Shown here piece by piece: positions 27,053 through 36,180 of a DNA stretch of 64,000 nucleotides. Each line of letters starts with the position of its first letter. Positions within the stretch are counted from its first letter, which is position 1. The position numbers and the translations under genes are program-made. The notes under the pieces are model-generated. The model had not been told where the DNA came from. It ran no database searches and saw nothing but the letters and a program-made list of their open reading frames with translations. The stretch comes from Deltaproteobacteria bacterium (GTDB lineage Bacteria > Desulfobacterota > Deferrimicrobia > Deferrimicrobiales > Deferrimicrobiaceae): NCBI GenBank assembly GCA_021815305.1, contig JAKAHC010000004.1, positions 1,343-65,342 of the forward strand, given 5' to 3'.

Positions 27053-28237
27053 TCACCGCTTCCGGATCACGCCCGCCTCCCGCAGGGCGGCGATCCGCTC
27101 CGCCCCGTAACCGAGCCCGGCCAGGATCTCGTCGTCATGTTCCCCCAGGAGAGGCGCCCTCCGCGGCGCCTCCTCCACCCTCCCCGCCATCTTGATGGGA
27201 AGGCCGATCTGCCGTTCCGCCCCGCCCAGGGGAGATTCCACGTCGACGACCATGCGGCGCGCGGCCGCGTTGGGGTGCGCAAGCGCCTCCGCGAGCGAGA
27301 GGACGGGAGAGATGCAGATGTCGGCCCCCTCGAAGAAACGGATCCACTCGTCCCTCGTGCGTCCGAGGAAGATGGCCTGGAGTTCCCGTCGCGCCTCCTC
27401 GGACTCCTCTCCCGCCGCGTACTGGCGCCCCGCGAGATCCCGGCGGTCCAGCCGGGTAACGAGGTTCTTCCAGAACCACGGCTCGAGCGCCCCGAGGCCG
27501 ACGAACCCGCCGTCGGCGCAGCGGTACACGCCGTAGCAGGGGAACATCCCCGAAAGCGGCATGTCGCCACGCTCCTGGGGGATCCCCCCGCCCATCCACG
27601 AGGACGCGGGGATGGCCAGGGAAGCCAGCGTGCCGTCCGTCATGGAGATGTCGAGCCATGCCCCCTTTCCCGTCCGCTGCCGGGACAGGAGCGCCATCAG
27701 GATCCCGGAGAGAGCCATCATGGAGCCTCCGTAGACGTCCCCCAGCTGGACCGGCAACGGCGAGGGCGGACCGTCCCTGCTCCCCGAAAGCCCGAGGACG
27801 CCCGCGTAGGAGAGGTAATTCACGTCGTGCCCCGGCACCGCACTCATCGGGCCGTCCTGTCCGTACCCCGAAATGGAGCAGTACACGATCCCGGGATTGG
27901 CTGAGGAGACGGTCCCGTAATCCACCCCGAGGCGAGCGACCACCCCCGGGCGGAACCCTTCCACGACGACGTCGGCCGTGGCGGCAAGCTTCCGGAAGAT
28001 CTCCCTTCCGTCCTCCGACTTCAGGTCGATTGTGACGCTGCGCTTACCCCGGTTCAGGTACCGGTCCAGCGGGCCGGTGCCGGGCTCGGCGGCGGCGAAG
28101 GGATTGCGAACCCGCGGCTCCGGTTCGTCGATCTTGACGACGTCCGCCCCGTAGTCCGCCATCATCATCGTGCAGAAGGGCCCCGGAAGCTGGAGCGAAA
28201 GGTCCAGCACGCGGATCCCCGAAAGCAGCGTCATCAC
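27053..28237 (-). CDS. Family III CoA-transferase (CaiB/BaiF family)
   Basis: LSGIRVLDLSLQLPGPFCTMMMADYGADV and the later GYGQDGP region are typical of family III CoA-transferases. Confidence 0.8.
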   Translation of the reverse strand: MMTLLSGIRVLDLSLQLPGPFCTMMMADYGADVVKIDEPEPRVRNPFAAAEPGTGPLDRYLNRGKRSVTIDLKSEDGREIFRKLAATADVVVEGFRPGVVARLGVDYGTVSSANPGIVYCSISGYGQDGPMSAVPGHDVNYLSYAGVLGLSGSRDGPPSPLPVQLGDVYGGSMMALSGILMALLSRQRTGKGAWLDISMTDGTLASLAIPASSWMGGGIPQERGDMPLSGMFPCYGVYRCADGGFVGLGALEPWFWKNLVTRLDRRDLAGRQYAAGEESEEARRELQAIFLGRTRDEWIRFFEGADICISPVLSLAEALAHPNAAARRMVVDVESPLGGAERQIGLPIKMAGRVEEAPRRAPLLGEHDDEILAGLGYGAERIAALREAGVIRKR

Positions 28238-28280
28238 GGAACCTCGATGGGAACCTCTTGTGATATCTTAATACCTCACT

Positions 28281-29048
28281 ATGGAAAAAGGCTTCCCGAT
28301 CTGCCCGGACCACGCGATCTTCCTCGCAGACGCCCATCTCAACCAGGACGACATCCACAGCCGGAACTTCCTGGCCCTCGCGGAAAGGGCCGCGGAGGAC
28401 GGCATCCCCCTGTTTCTCCTGGGGGACATCTTCGACCTCTGGTTCGGCACGCCGGGCCTGACCTTCGCCTTCCAGAAACCGGTCATCTACCGCCTCCGGG
28501 AACTTCGCAGGGAAGGGTTGCGCATGTATTACGTGGAAGGAAACCGGGACTTCTACCTGAAGGAGGACCACGAGGGGACCACCTTCGACGTCGTCTCGGA
28601 GGGGGACATGCAGGCGGCCGTCGGCGAGAAGCGGCTCTACCTTTCCCACGGCGACGCGGTGAACCGCGCGGACTTCTCCTACCGCTTCTTCAAGGGGATC
28701 TCGAAGAGCCGCCTCGCGAACCAGGGGGTGGCGCACCTTCCCCCCTCCCTCTTCCTGCCGCTTGCGGACCGCCTGGAGCGGAAACTCCGTCGCTCCAACC
28801 GGCGCCACAAGGGGACGTTCCCCGAGAAGGACAGCCGGGAGTTTGCGATGCGCATGTTCCGCAACGGGGTGAACTTCGTGATCCTGGGGCATTTCCACCA
28901 GGAGCGGCTGATGCGGTACTCGCTGGACGATGCGACGAAGGTCCTGGCGGTCCTGCCGTCGTGGAAGGAACGGTGGCGATACTTCTACGTCAAGGCGGAC
29001 GGCGGGTACGGCTTCCGGATGTACCGGCCTGGCGAGCCCCTGCTCTGA
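28281..29048 (+). CDS. Calcineurin-like metallophosphoesterase, UDP-2,3-diacylglucosamine hydrolase (LpxH)-like
   Basis: FLADAHL..LFLLGDIFDLWFG..GNRD..GHFH metallophosphatase motifs. 255 aa. Confidence 0.6.
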   Translation: MEKGFPICPDHAIFLADAHLNQDDIHSRNFLALAERAAEDGIPLFLLGDIFDLWFGTPGLTFAFQKPVIYRLRELRREGLRMYYVEGNRDFYLKEDHEGTTFDVVSEGDMQAAVGEKRLYLSHGDAVNRADFSYRFFKGISKSRLANQGVAHLPPSLFLPLADRLERKLRRSNRRHKGTFPEKDSREFAMRMFRNGVNFVILGHFHQERLMRYSLDDATKVLAVLPSWKERWRYFYVKADGGYGFRMYRPGEPLL

Positions 29049-29060
29049 CGCCCACAAAGG

Positions 29061-29211
29061 GAGACCCACAAAAGGGGACGTTGCTACAATACGCGCCGAC
29101 GCCGGGGACGTAGCTACAAAATTCCAGCCAGTGTCTTCCGTTACCGCGTTGAATTTTGTAGCTACGTCCCCTTTCCATCGTTTTGTAGCAACGTCCCCTT
29201 TTGTGGGTCTC
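29061..29211. repeat. Nested perfect inverted-repeat element (29-bp outer arms, 20-bp inner arms) built from four 16-bp GGGGACGT(T/A)GCTACAA units
   Basis: 29061-29089 is the exact reverse complement of 29183-29211. 29104-29123 is the exact reverse complement of 29152-29171. It sits between convergent genes and overlaps the 3' end of the minus-strand membrane-protein ORF. Confidence 0.8.
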
Positions 29212-29632
29212 TCGATTGTTTGAGGGTACGGCCGAGGAGGAGGGCGAAGAGGATGCCGGCCGCCGCTTCCAGGATTCCGAACAGGGCGCCTACCCGGTCC
29301 AGCCCCAGCCCCACGGGGAGCACCGAGCCAATGAGCATGCCGATCAGCCCCGCGTTGGCCAGGTAGAACTGGACGCCCGCCGCCGCGGGGGACACCCCCC
29401 GCAGCGGCCCGGCGTCCGCCTTCCCGCCGATCCACCCGAAGCCCGCCCCGTATGCCGCGAACAGGACGAAACCCACGAGCAGCCCGTGCGTGTGGACGAA
29501 CTGGAAGTTGTCGTTCCCGAAATACATCATCGCCGCGCCGAGCAGAAGCCCCAGGCACAGGTAGAACAGGGAGACGCGGACGTAGCGCCGCGCCAGGACG
29601 CGGAAGAGGTCGCCGGGGACGGACGCGCGCAT
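29162..29632 (-). CDS. Hypothetical polytopic membrane protein
   Basis: 156 aa with about four hydrophobic helices. The last 17 codons are encoded inside the inverted-repeat element. Confidence 0.45.
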   Translation of the reverse strand: MRASVPGDLFRVLARRYVRVSLFYLCLGLLLGAAMMYFGNDNFQFVHTHGLLVGFVLFAAYGAGFGWIGGKADAGPLRGVSPAAAGVQFYLANAGLIGMLIGSVLPVGLGLDRVGALFGILEAAAGILFALLLGRTLKQSRDPQKGTLLQNDGKGT

Positions 29633-29652
29633 CGGACCCGCGGGCGCGGCCA

Positions 29653-31932
29653 CTAGGCGGCCGTACCGTTCCCCAGCGCGAACGCCGACGGGGGAAGCGC
29701 GGCGTCCGCGTGGAACACCACCTTCCCCCCGCACAGCCGCTCGATCCGCCCGATGTCGTCGCGCTTCTGGTTGAGAAGCGTCTCCAGCAGCCCCGGGGCC
29801 ACGCGCACGGAAACCTCCCTGGGCTCTTCCTTCCCCCCGCCTTCCCGGGACAGTTCATCGTGCAGGCGTCGCATCAGGCGCACCACGGAGGCGTCCTTCG
29901 TGGGCACCACCCCCGTCCCGCCGCACACCTCGCATCCCTTCAGGAGGACGTCGTAGAAGGAGATCCCCATCCGCTGCCTGCTGATCGCCACCAGGCCGAA
30001 CTTCCCCAGCGAGGTGACGTCGCTCTTGGCCTTGTCCTTCTTCAGGCCGTCCTTCAGGATCTTCTCGACGTCCTTGTTGTGCGCCTTGCTCTCCATGTCG
30101 ATGAAATCCACCACGATGAGGCCGCCGATGTCGCGCAGCCGCATCTGCCGCGTGACCTCCGCCGCCGCCTCCCGGTTCGTGCGGTACGCCGTGTCCTCGA
30201 TGTCCCGATCCTTGGAGGAGCGGCCGGAGTTGACGTCGATCGACCACAGCGCCTCGGACCGGTCGATCACGATGTGCCCCCCCGAAGGGAGCGGTACCTT
30301 GCGCATCGACACCCGCTCCACCTGTTCCTCGAGGTTGAACTTCATGAACAGGGGGCGCCTGCCGCGGTAGAGCTTGAGCTTCCCCTTCTGCTTGGGGTAG
30401 TAAACGTCGAAGAAGGCCGAAGCCTTGCGGTGGGCGTCCTCGGAGTTCATGAGAACTTCCGTCACGTCCGCGGAGTAGTTGTCGCGCAGCGTGCGGATGA
30501 CGATGTCCTGCTCCTCGTAAAGGAGCGACGGCGCCTTGTTCGCCCGGGCTCCCGCGACGGTGCGGTCCCACAGCTTGAGCAGGTTCTGGAGGTCCGCCTT
30601 GAGGTCCTTCAGGGGCCGCGACGCGCCCACCGTGCGCACGATGAAGCCCAGGTGGTCCGGGTAATCGAGCTTCTCCATGTGCTTGCGGATGCGCTCGCGC
30701 TCCTTCTCTCCCGTGATCTTCTTGGAGATGCCGTACCGCTTCATCCCCAGCATCATCACCATGTACCGGCCCGCGATGCTGATGTAGGAGGTGAGGGCGG
30801 CCCCCTTGATGGCCGACTCCTCCTTCGTCACCTGGACGAGGATCTCCATCCCGGGGCGCAGCGGCGGACGCTTGTCCCCCTCGTTCCACGTGCCAAGGTG
30901 GTCCATGAGGGCCCCCGCGCAATATTCGTTCAGAGGGAGGAACCCGTGCCGCCCCCCGCCGAACTCTACGAAAGCGGCCTCGATGGCGTGGGCGATGTTG
31001 ACCACCTTTCCCTTGTAGATGTTCCCCTTGAACGCCTTCCTGCGCTGGTTCTCGACCTCGTAGTAGTCGAGGGCCCCTTCCGCGACGATGGCGACCCGGT
31101 TCTCCTCGGCGTGGAGGCCGTCGATCAGCATCACCTTCTTCGCCCCGGTGCCCGCCTCGTCATCGCCTTCGGGCTCCTCTTCCTCTCCCTCCGGTCCGGT
31201 TTCCGCGGGGATTTCCGGCTCCTCGACCTCCGTCAGCCCCGCCGCGGCGAAAATTCCCCCGGCGGCCTCGTCCTCCTCGCCGCCCTCCTCGCCCACACCG
31301 GCGACCGCAGCTCCGGTCGATCCCGCCGCCCCCTGGGGCTGCCCTTTCCCCTTGCCGCGACGGCGGCGGCGGCGACGGCGGCGCCTCCTGCCGGGCTCGC
31401 CCTGGGGTTCTCCCTGTGTCTCTCCCGGCGTCGAGGAGCCCTCGGGCGCTCCCCCCTCCTCGGGAACCACCGGAACCTCCGCCCCTGCCGGTTCCGTATA
31501 GAAAGGCGCGACGCCGTGGGTTTCGCCCGCCTCCCAGAACGGCTTCCGCTCCGCTGCCGCGGGCGGCTCCGGCTCCGCCGGAGGGACCGCGTCCGTTTCC
31601 GCCGCCGCTTCCGGGGCCGCGGCAGGCGTCTTCTTCCCGCGCCTGCGCGTCCGCCGGCGCCCCTTTTTCGGGGCCTGCGCTCCTTCCGCCGTGGTCTCCA
31701 CGGCGTCCGCATCCGGGCCGCCGTCCTCGGTGCCGCCCCCTTCCGCACCCGCGGTCTCCGGCGCCTTCTCCGCCGCCGGAGGCCCGATCGGAGGTTCCTC
31801 CGCACCCTCCGGCGACTCCCCCGGGCCCGCCGACGCAGTCGCCTCTGCCGCGGGCGCCCCCGCCTCCTGGCCGTCCTTCCTCTTCCGGGGGCCCCGTCGC
31901 CAGTATCTTCGTTTTCCCTTCGCTTCCGTCAT
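29653..31932 (-). CDS. rne: Ribonuclease E/G family endoribonuclease with a long N-terminal low-complexity extension
   Basis: S1 domain plus catalytic core (KKVMLIDG..NIYKGKVVNI..DLGFIVRT..GGLIVVDFIDM..) and a Zn-link CEVCGGTG. It is preceded by about 260 aa of Ala/Glu/Pro/Gly/Arg-rich sequence that includes an 11-residue Arg run. Confidence 0.85.
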   Translation of the reverse strand: MTEAKGKRRYWRRGPRKRKDGQEAGAPAAEATASAGPGESPEGAEEPPIGPPAAEKAPETAGAEGGGTEDGGPDADAVETTAEGAQAPKKGRRRTRRRGKKTPAAAPEAAAETDAVPPAEPEPPAAAERKPFWEAGETHGVAPFYTEPAGAEVPVVPEEGGAPEGSSTPGETQGEPQGEPGRRRRRRRRRRRGKGKGQPQGAAGSTGAAVAGVGEEGGEEDEAAGGIFAAAGLTEVEEPEIPAETGPEGEEEEPEGDDEAGTGAKKVMLIDGLHAEENRVAIVAEGALDYYEVENQRRKAFKGNIYKGKVVNIAHAIEAAFVEFGGGRHGFLPLNEYCAGALMDHLGTWNEGDKRPPLRPGMEILVQVTKEESAIKGAALTSYISIAGRYMVMMLGMKRYGISKKITGEKERERIRKHMEKLDYPDHLGFIVRTVGASRPLKDLKADLQNLLKLWDRTVAGARANKAPSLLYEEQDIVIRTLRDNYSADVTEVLMNSEDAHRKASAFFDVYYPKQKGKLKLYRGRRPLFMKFNLEEQVERVSMRKVPLPSGGHIVIDRSEALWSIDVNSGRSSKDRDIEDTAYRTNREAAAEVTRQMRLRDIGGLIVVDFIDMESKAHNKDVEKILKDGLKKDKAKSDVTSLGKFGLVAISRQRMGISFYDVLLKGCEVCGGTGVVPTKDASVVRLMRRLHDELSREGGGKEEPREVSVRVAPGLLETLLNQKRDDIGRIERLCGGKVVFHADAALPPSAFALGNGTAA

Positions 31933-32687
31933 TCGTTTCCTCCATCATGTTTTCGGGGTGCCGCCTTCCGGCGCACCCCTCTGGCCGCGTCGCCGTTCCC
32001 CCGCGCCATCGGCGGGAAGTCGTGGAGCACCCCCGGCAGATCGCACACGTCTCCGACGACGGCGTGCGGCCGGAACGACTGCACCGACGGCGCCGACGGG
32101 ATGCGGGACGCCCTGTAATGCTCCTCGTCCCCCACCCACACGGTGAACATCCCCATCTCGCCCGCGGGCAGCAGGTTGCGCCGGCTGTCCTCGCAGAACA
32201 GGGAATCCTCCGCACGGGTCCCCGTGGCCCGCAACAGCTTCGTGTACGGGTACGGCGACGGCTTGGCGATGTATTCCATGAACTCGATACCGAAAACCCG
32301 TTCCATCATCGCTTCGACCCCCAGCGCGTCGAGCACGCGCCGGGCATAATCTTCCGAACCGTTGGTGAACACGACGCGGCGGCCGGGCAGTTCCGAGAGC
32401 ATCGCCTTGAGCTCCGGGCGCGGCGGCACGATCTCGGGGATCGGCAGGTCGTGTATGTACTCGAGGTATTCGCCCGGGGGAACGCCGTGATGCCGCATCA
32501 GTCCCCGCAACGTGGACCCGTACTCGGCGAGGAACCGCATGCGAACGCTCCGCGCCGTGTCGAGGTCGGTCTTAAGCTTCTCCCGGACGTACTGCTCGAT
32601 CCGGGCGTCCACCATCCTCCACAGCGGCAGTTCGGGAGAGTAGAGCGTGTTGTCCAGGTCGAAGATGAAAAGCGGCGCCTTGCCCAT
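31929..32687 (-). CDS. HAD-superfamily hydrolase (pyrimidine 5'-nucleotidase-like)
   Basis: FIFDLDNTLY (DxD motif I), a later VFTNGS motif and a GD..D region. The stop overlaps the rne start. Confidence 0.7.
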   Translation of the reverse strand: MGKAPLFIFDLDNTLYSPELPLWRMVDARIEQYVREKLKTDLDTARSVRMRFLAEYGSTLRGLMRHHGVPPGEYLEYIHDLPIPEIVPPRPELKAMLSELPGRRVVFTNGSEDYARRVLDALGVEAMMERVFGIEFMEYIAKPSPYPYTKLLRATGTRAEDSLFCEDSRRNLLPAGEMGMFTVWVGDEEHYRASRIPSAPSVQSFRPHAVVGDVCDLPGVLHDFPPMARGNGDAARGVRRKAAPRKHDGGNE

Positions 32688-32690
32688 CCG

Positions 32691-34028
32691 TCAGGAGTCC
32701 CCCCCCACCATGATCCCGCCCACGAGCAGGGAAGGGGTTCCGAGGCTGCCGAACCAGCGGAAATCGCTTCCCGCCGCATCGACTTCCCCCAGGATCGCGA
32801 GGAGGTTGCCGGAAACGGCGAAGCCCCGAAGCGGTCCCGACAGACGCCCGCGCGCGATGCGGATCCCCGAGGCCCCCACGGAGAAGTCCCCGGAAATGGA
32901 ATCGGCCGTGTGGATCCCCAGGAACTCGGTCAGGAGGATGCCGTCCCCGGCGGCCTCGCAAAGCGCCGCGAGCGGGAGCTTCCCCGGCCGGATGCACAGG
33001 TTGGAGGCGCCGACGGTGGGAGGGGACTTCGCCGAGGGCCTGCGGCACGCACCCGTGGATCCGGTCCCGAGCTTCCTTCCCCAGTATGCGTCCGCGAGGA
33101 AGCCGCGCAGCTCCCCGGCCGCCAGAAGTTCCAACGTCCGGGCGGGGGTCCCCTCGGCGTCGAACGGCTCCGCCGCGGAACCCGCGGCGGAAAGGGGGTC
33201 GTCCGCGATCGTGACCGCTTCCGCCGCCACCCCCTGCCCCGCTTTCCCTGCGAGCATCGACTTCCCCTTCACCACCTGCGATGCGAGGAACGACGGAGCC
33301 AGCACCTGGAGAAGCTCGGCCGCGGCACCGTTCTCGATCACCGCGCGGTACTTCCCCGTCTCCGGGCGGACGGCCCCAAGCATCCGCAGCGCACGCTGTG
33401 CGCCTTCCTCCACGATCGCCCCGGCGTCGAGCCCTCCGAGCGAGCGCGCGAACCCGAACCCGTCCCCCGTCTGCCCCTCGCCGCCTTCCTCCGCCACCGT
33501 TTCCACATGCGCGGAGTAGCGCGATTCCCTCCGGTCCCCCGACAGGCCCCGGGAGTTCATGATCGACACCTGCGCCACGGTTTCCTGGAGCACGGCCGAC
33601 CGCACCCTTTTCATCCGCGGGTCGCGTGCGAGGACGTCCGCCTCGAGCCTCCGTGCGAACTCCCCCTTCTCCTCTTCCCGAACGGTCTCGGCGGCGGGAT
33701 CGTACAAGCGGAGCTCGGGAAACGGGCCGGCGGCCTCCGGGAGGCCGTAGGAGCCATCGGGGTCGGAGGCGCCCGCGCAGAAGACCGCCTCCTCCACCAT
33801 GCGCGCCAGATCGGAGCCGTCCCCGCGGAACCCGTACGAGAACCCCATCCGGCCGTCGCGGAACACGCGCAGTCCCAGCGCAAGGGTGTCGGCGAAGGCG
33901 ATCCCGTCGAGCCGCCCTTCGCGCGCCTCGTAGCGGCGGGTCCGCGTCCGTTCCGCGTACAGTTCCGCATCGCCCCCTCCGCGTCGCGCGACTTCCCGGA
34001 GGACGACATCGAACCGCGCGTCAGACAC
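32691..34028 (-). CDS. TldD/PmbA family metalloprotease
   Basis: 445 aa with family-typical organisation including GDFSVGASG and the C-terminal LLVGGIMVGG. Confidence 0.75.
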   Translation of the reverse strand: MSDARFDVVLREVARRGGGDAELYAERTRTRRYEAREGRLDGIAFADTLALGLRVFRDGRMGFSYGFRGDGSDLARMVEEAVFCAGASDPDGSYGLPEAAGPFPELRLYDPAAETVREEEKGEFARRLEADVLARDPRMKRVRSAVLQETVAQVSIMNSRGLSGDRRESRYSAHVETVAEEGGEGQTGDGFGFARSLGGLDAGAIVEEGAQRALRMLGAVRPETGKYRAVIENGAAAELLQVLAPSFLASQVVKGKSMLAGKAGQGVAAEAVTIADDPLSAAGSAAEPFDAEGTPARTLELLAAGELRGFLADAYWGRKLGTGSTGACRRPSAKSPPTVGASNLCIRPGKLPLAALCEAAGDGILLTEFLGIHTADSISGDFSVGASGIRIARGRLSGPLRGFAVSGNLLAILGEVDAAGSDFRWFGSLGTPSLLVGGIMVGGDS

Positions 34029-34491
34029 GCAACCTCCCCGAGAAATCGGCGACCAGTGCGATCTCGTCGCAGTCGGGAAACTTGGCGCACTTCAGGCAGT
34101 CCGACCAGATCTTGTGGGGGAGTTCCGCCTTGTCCACCTTCCGGAACCCGAGCCTCTCGAAGAACTCCGGCTTGTAGGTGAGCGCGAAGACCCGGGTGAT
34201 CCCCAGGACGATCGCCTCGGAGATGCACGCCTCCACCAGCTGCGTCCCGATCCCGCGCCGCATGCTCCCGTCGCGGACCGCGAGGGAGCGCACCTCCGCC
34301 AGGTCTTCCCACATGATGTGTATGGCCGCGGACCCGATCACGGTTCCGCCGTCCTCCTCGAACACGAAGTAATCGCGCAGGTTCTCGTAGATGTCGCTCA
34401 GCGACCGGGGGAGCATGTCCCCCTTCCGGGCGAACTCGGCGATCAGGTTCTGGATCGACTTCACGTCCGACATCCTTGCCTTGCGGATCAT
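34021..34491 (-). CDS. GNAT family N-acetyltransferase (ArgA short-form-like)
   Basis: 156 aa. The acetyl-CoA-binding block is RRGIGTQLV. Confidence 0.7.
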   Translation of the reverse strand: MIRKARMSDVKSIQNLIAEFARKGDMLPRSLSDIYENLRDYFVFEEDGGTVIGSAAIHIMWEDLAEVRSLAVRDGSMRRGIGTQLVEACISEAIVLGITRVFALTYKPEFFERLGFRKVDKAELPHKIWSDCLKCAKFPDCDEIALVADFSGRLRV

Positions 34492-36167
34492 TTCCCCGCC
34501 GCCCTCTCGATCAAGGCCCTGGCGTGCGCCTTCGCCTGTTCGGTGATCTCCGCGCCGGAGATCATCCGGGCGAGTTCCCTTATCCTATCCTGTTTCGACA
34601 GCGGTTTCACCCCGGTGGCGACCGTGTTCCCCGACGGGCGCTTCACGACCTGGAGGTGGCGATCCGCGAACGCGGCCACCTGCGGAAGGTGGGTGACGCA
34701 GACCACCTGGGACGCGGCGGAGAGGCTTTTCAGCCGCGCGCCGACGCGCTCCGCCGCCTGTCCGCCGATTCCCGTGTCGATCTCGTCGAACACCAGCGTA
34801 CGGCCTCCCCCCCCCCGCGACGCCGCGTTGCGCAGCGAAAGCATCACCCGGGAGAGCTCCCCCCCGGACGCCGTCAACGCCAGCGGCCGCGGGTCCTGCC
34901 CTGGGTTCGCGGAGAACAGGAACTCCGCCTCGTCGAACCCGGCGGCCGAAAGCGCCGCCGGACCGGGGGCGCGGGAGGAAAGCTCCGCGCAAAACCGCGC
35001 ACCCGGGAGCGAAACCTCCATCAGCTCTCCCTCCACGGCGGGCCCCATCGCCTCCGACGCCTTCCGGCGCAGCCGCGAGAGCTCCTTCGCCGCTCTCACC
35101 GCTTCCTCTTCTTCCCCGCCGAGCTCCTCGCGCAGCCGCCCCTCCTCGGCGAGCGCCCCGGCGAGGCACCCTCGTTCCTCCCGCAGCGCGCCGAGGTGGG
35201 CGATCAGCTCCGGGACGTCCTTCCCGTATTTCCGGCGCAGCCGCCGGATCCGGCTCAGGCGCTCCTCCACGCGCTCCCTGCGCTCGGGATCCTCCGTTGC
35301 GCTCCTTCCCGCGGAGACCAGATCCCTTCCGAGCTCCGCAAGCTCTTCGCGCAGGGAGCGGAGCCGTTCGGCGGCGGAGGTGAGGCGGGGGTCGAGGGCC
35401 GCGGCCTCCCGCAGGCGCGAGAGGGCGAAGGCCATCGTCGAGAGGGAGGCGTTCTCGGAGGAAGACAGGGCGTCGTCGGACGCCTGGAGCGCCTCGCGGA
35501 CCTTCGCTGCGTTGCGCAGCAGCGACTGCTCCGCGGCAAGCTCCTCCTCCTCCCCGGGGACAAGCCCCGCCCCGTCGAGCTCGGAGATCTCGTAGTCCAG
35601 CGTCTCGCTCCGGCTGCGGGCGCCGGCCCCCCGCGCCGCCGCCTCCTCGGCCAGGCGGCGCAGCGCGGCGACGCGGCGATACCGTTTCCTCATTTCGGAG
35701 GCAAGGACCCCCGTCCCCCCGAAATCGTCGATCGCCGACAGCGCCGAGGCGCGGGACAGCAGCTCGGGCACGCTGTGCTGCCCCACCATCGTCAGCAGGA
35801 GCGGCGACAGGGAGGCGAGCACCGGCTGAGCAACGGGGCGGCCGTTCAGGTAGGCGCGGCTGCGGCCGGAGGCGGGGAGGACCCTGCGGAGGACGACCTC
35901 CCCCTCCCAGGGCAGGCCGGCCTCCTCCCACAGGTCGCGCAGATCCTCCCGCCGGGAGAGGTCGAACCGGGCGGACACTTCCGCCTCATCCTCGCCCGTC
36001 CGCACCGCCAGGGGGTCCGCCTTCTCGCCCAGGGCGAACCGGATCGCCTCGACCAGGATGGATTTCCCCGCGCCCGTCTCCCCCGTGACGACGTTCAGCC
36101 CCCCGTCGAAGGCGACGCGGACATCCTCGAAGATGGCGAGATTGCGGACGGCGAGCTCGATCAGCAT
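34488..36167 (-). CDS. recN: DNA repair protein RecN
   Basis: N-terminal Walker A GETGAGKSIL, a long coiled-coil middle, and a C-terminal signature/Walker B (LVFDEIDTGIGG). The classic nadK-recN linkage is present. Confidence 0.9.
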   Translation of the reverse strand: MLIELAVRNLAIFEDVRVAFDGGLNVVTGETGAGKSILVEAIRFALGEKADPLAVRTGEDEAEVSARFDLSRREDLRDLWEEAGLPWEGEVVLRRVLPASGRSRAYLNGRPVAQPVLASLSPLLLTMVGQHSVPELLSRASALSAIDDFGGTGVLASEMRKRYRRVAALRRLAEEAAARGAGARSRSETLDYEISELDGAGLVPGEEEELAAEQSLLRNAAKVREALQASDDALSSSENASLSTMAFALSRLREAAALDPRLTSAAERLRSLREELAELGRDLVSAGRSATEDPERRERVEERLSRIRRLRRKYGKDVPELIAHLGALREERGCLAGALAEEGRLREELGGEEEEAVRAAKELSRLRRKASEAMGPAVEGELMEVSLPGARFCAELSSRAPGPAALSAAGFDEAEFLFSANPGQDPRPLALTASGGELSRVMLSLRNAASRGGGGRTLVFDEIDTGIGGQAAERVGARLKSLSAASQVVCVTHLPQVAAFADRHLQVVKRPSGNTVATGVKPLSKQDRIRELARMISGAEITEQAKAHARALIERAAGK

Positions 36168-36180
36168 CGGGAGGGAACGG

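Noticed and set aside
29061-29211. Possible CRISPR array
   Set aside because: The repeats are inverted rather than direct, there are only four units with no spacer regularity, and no cas genes are present.
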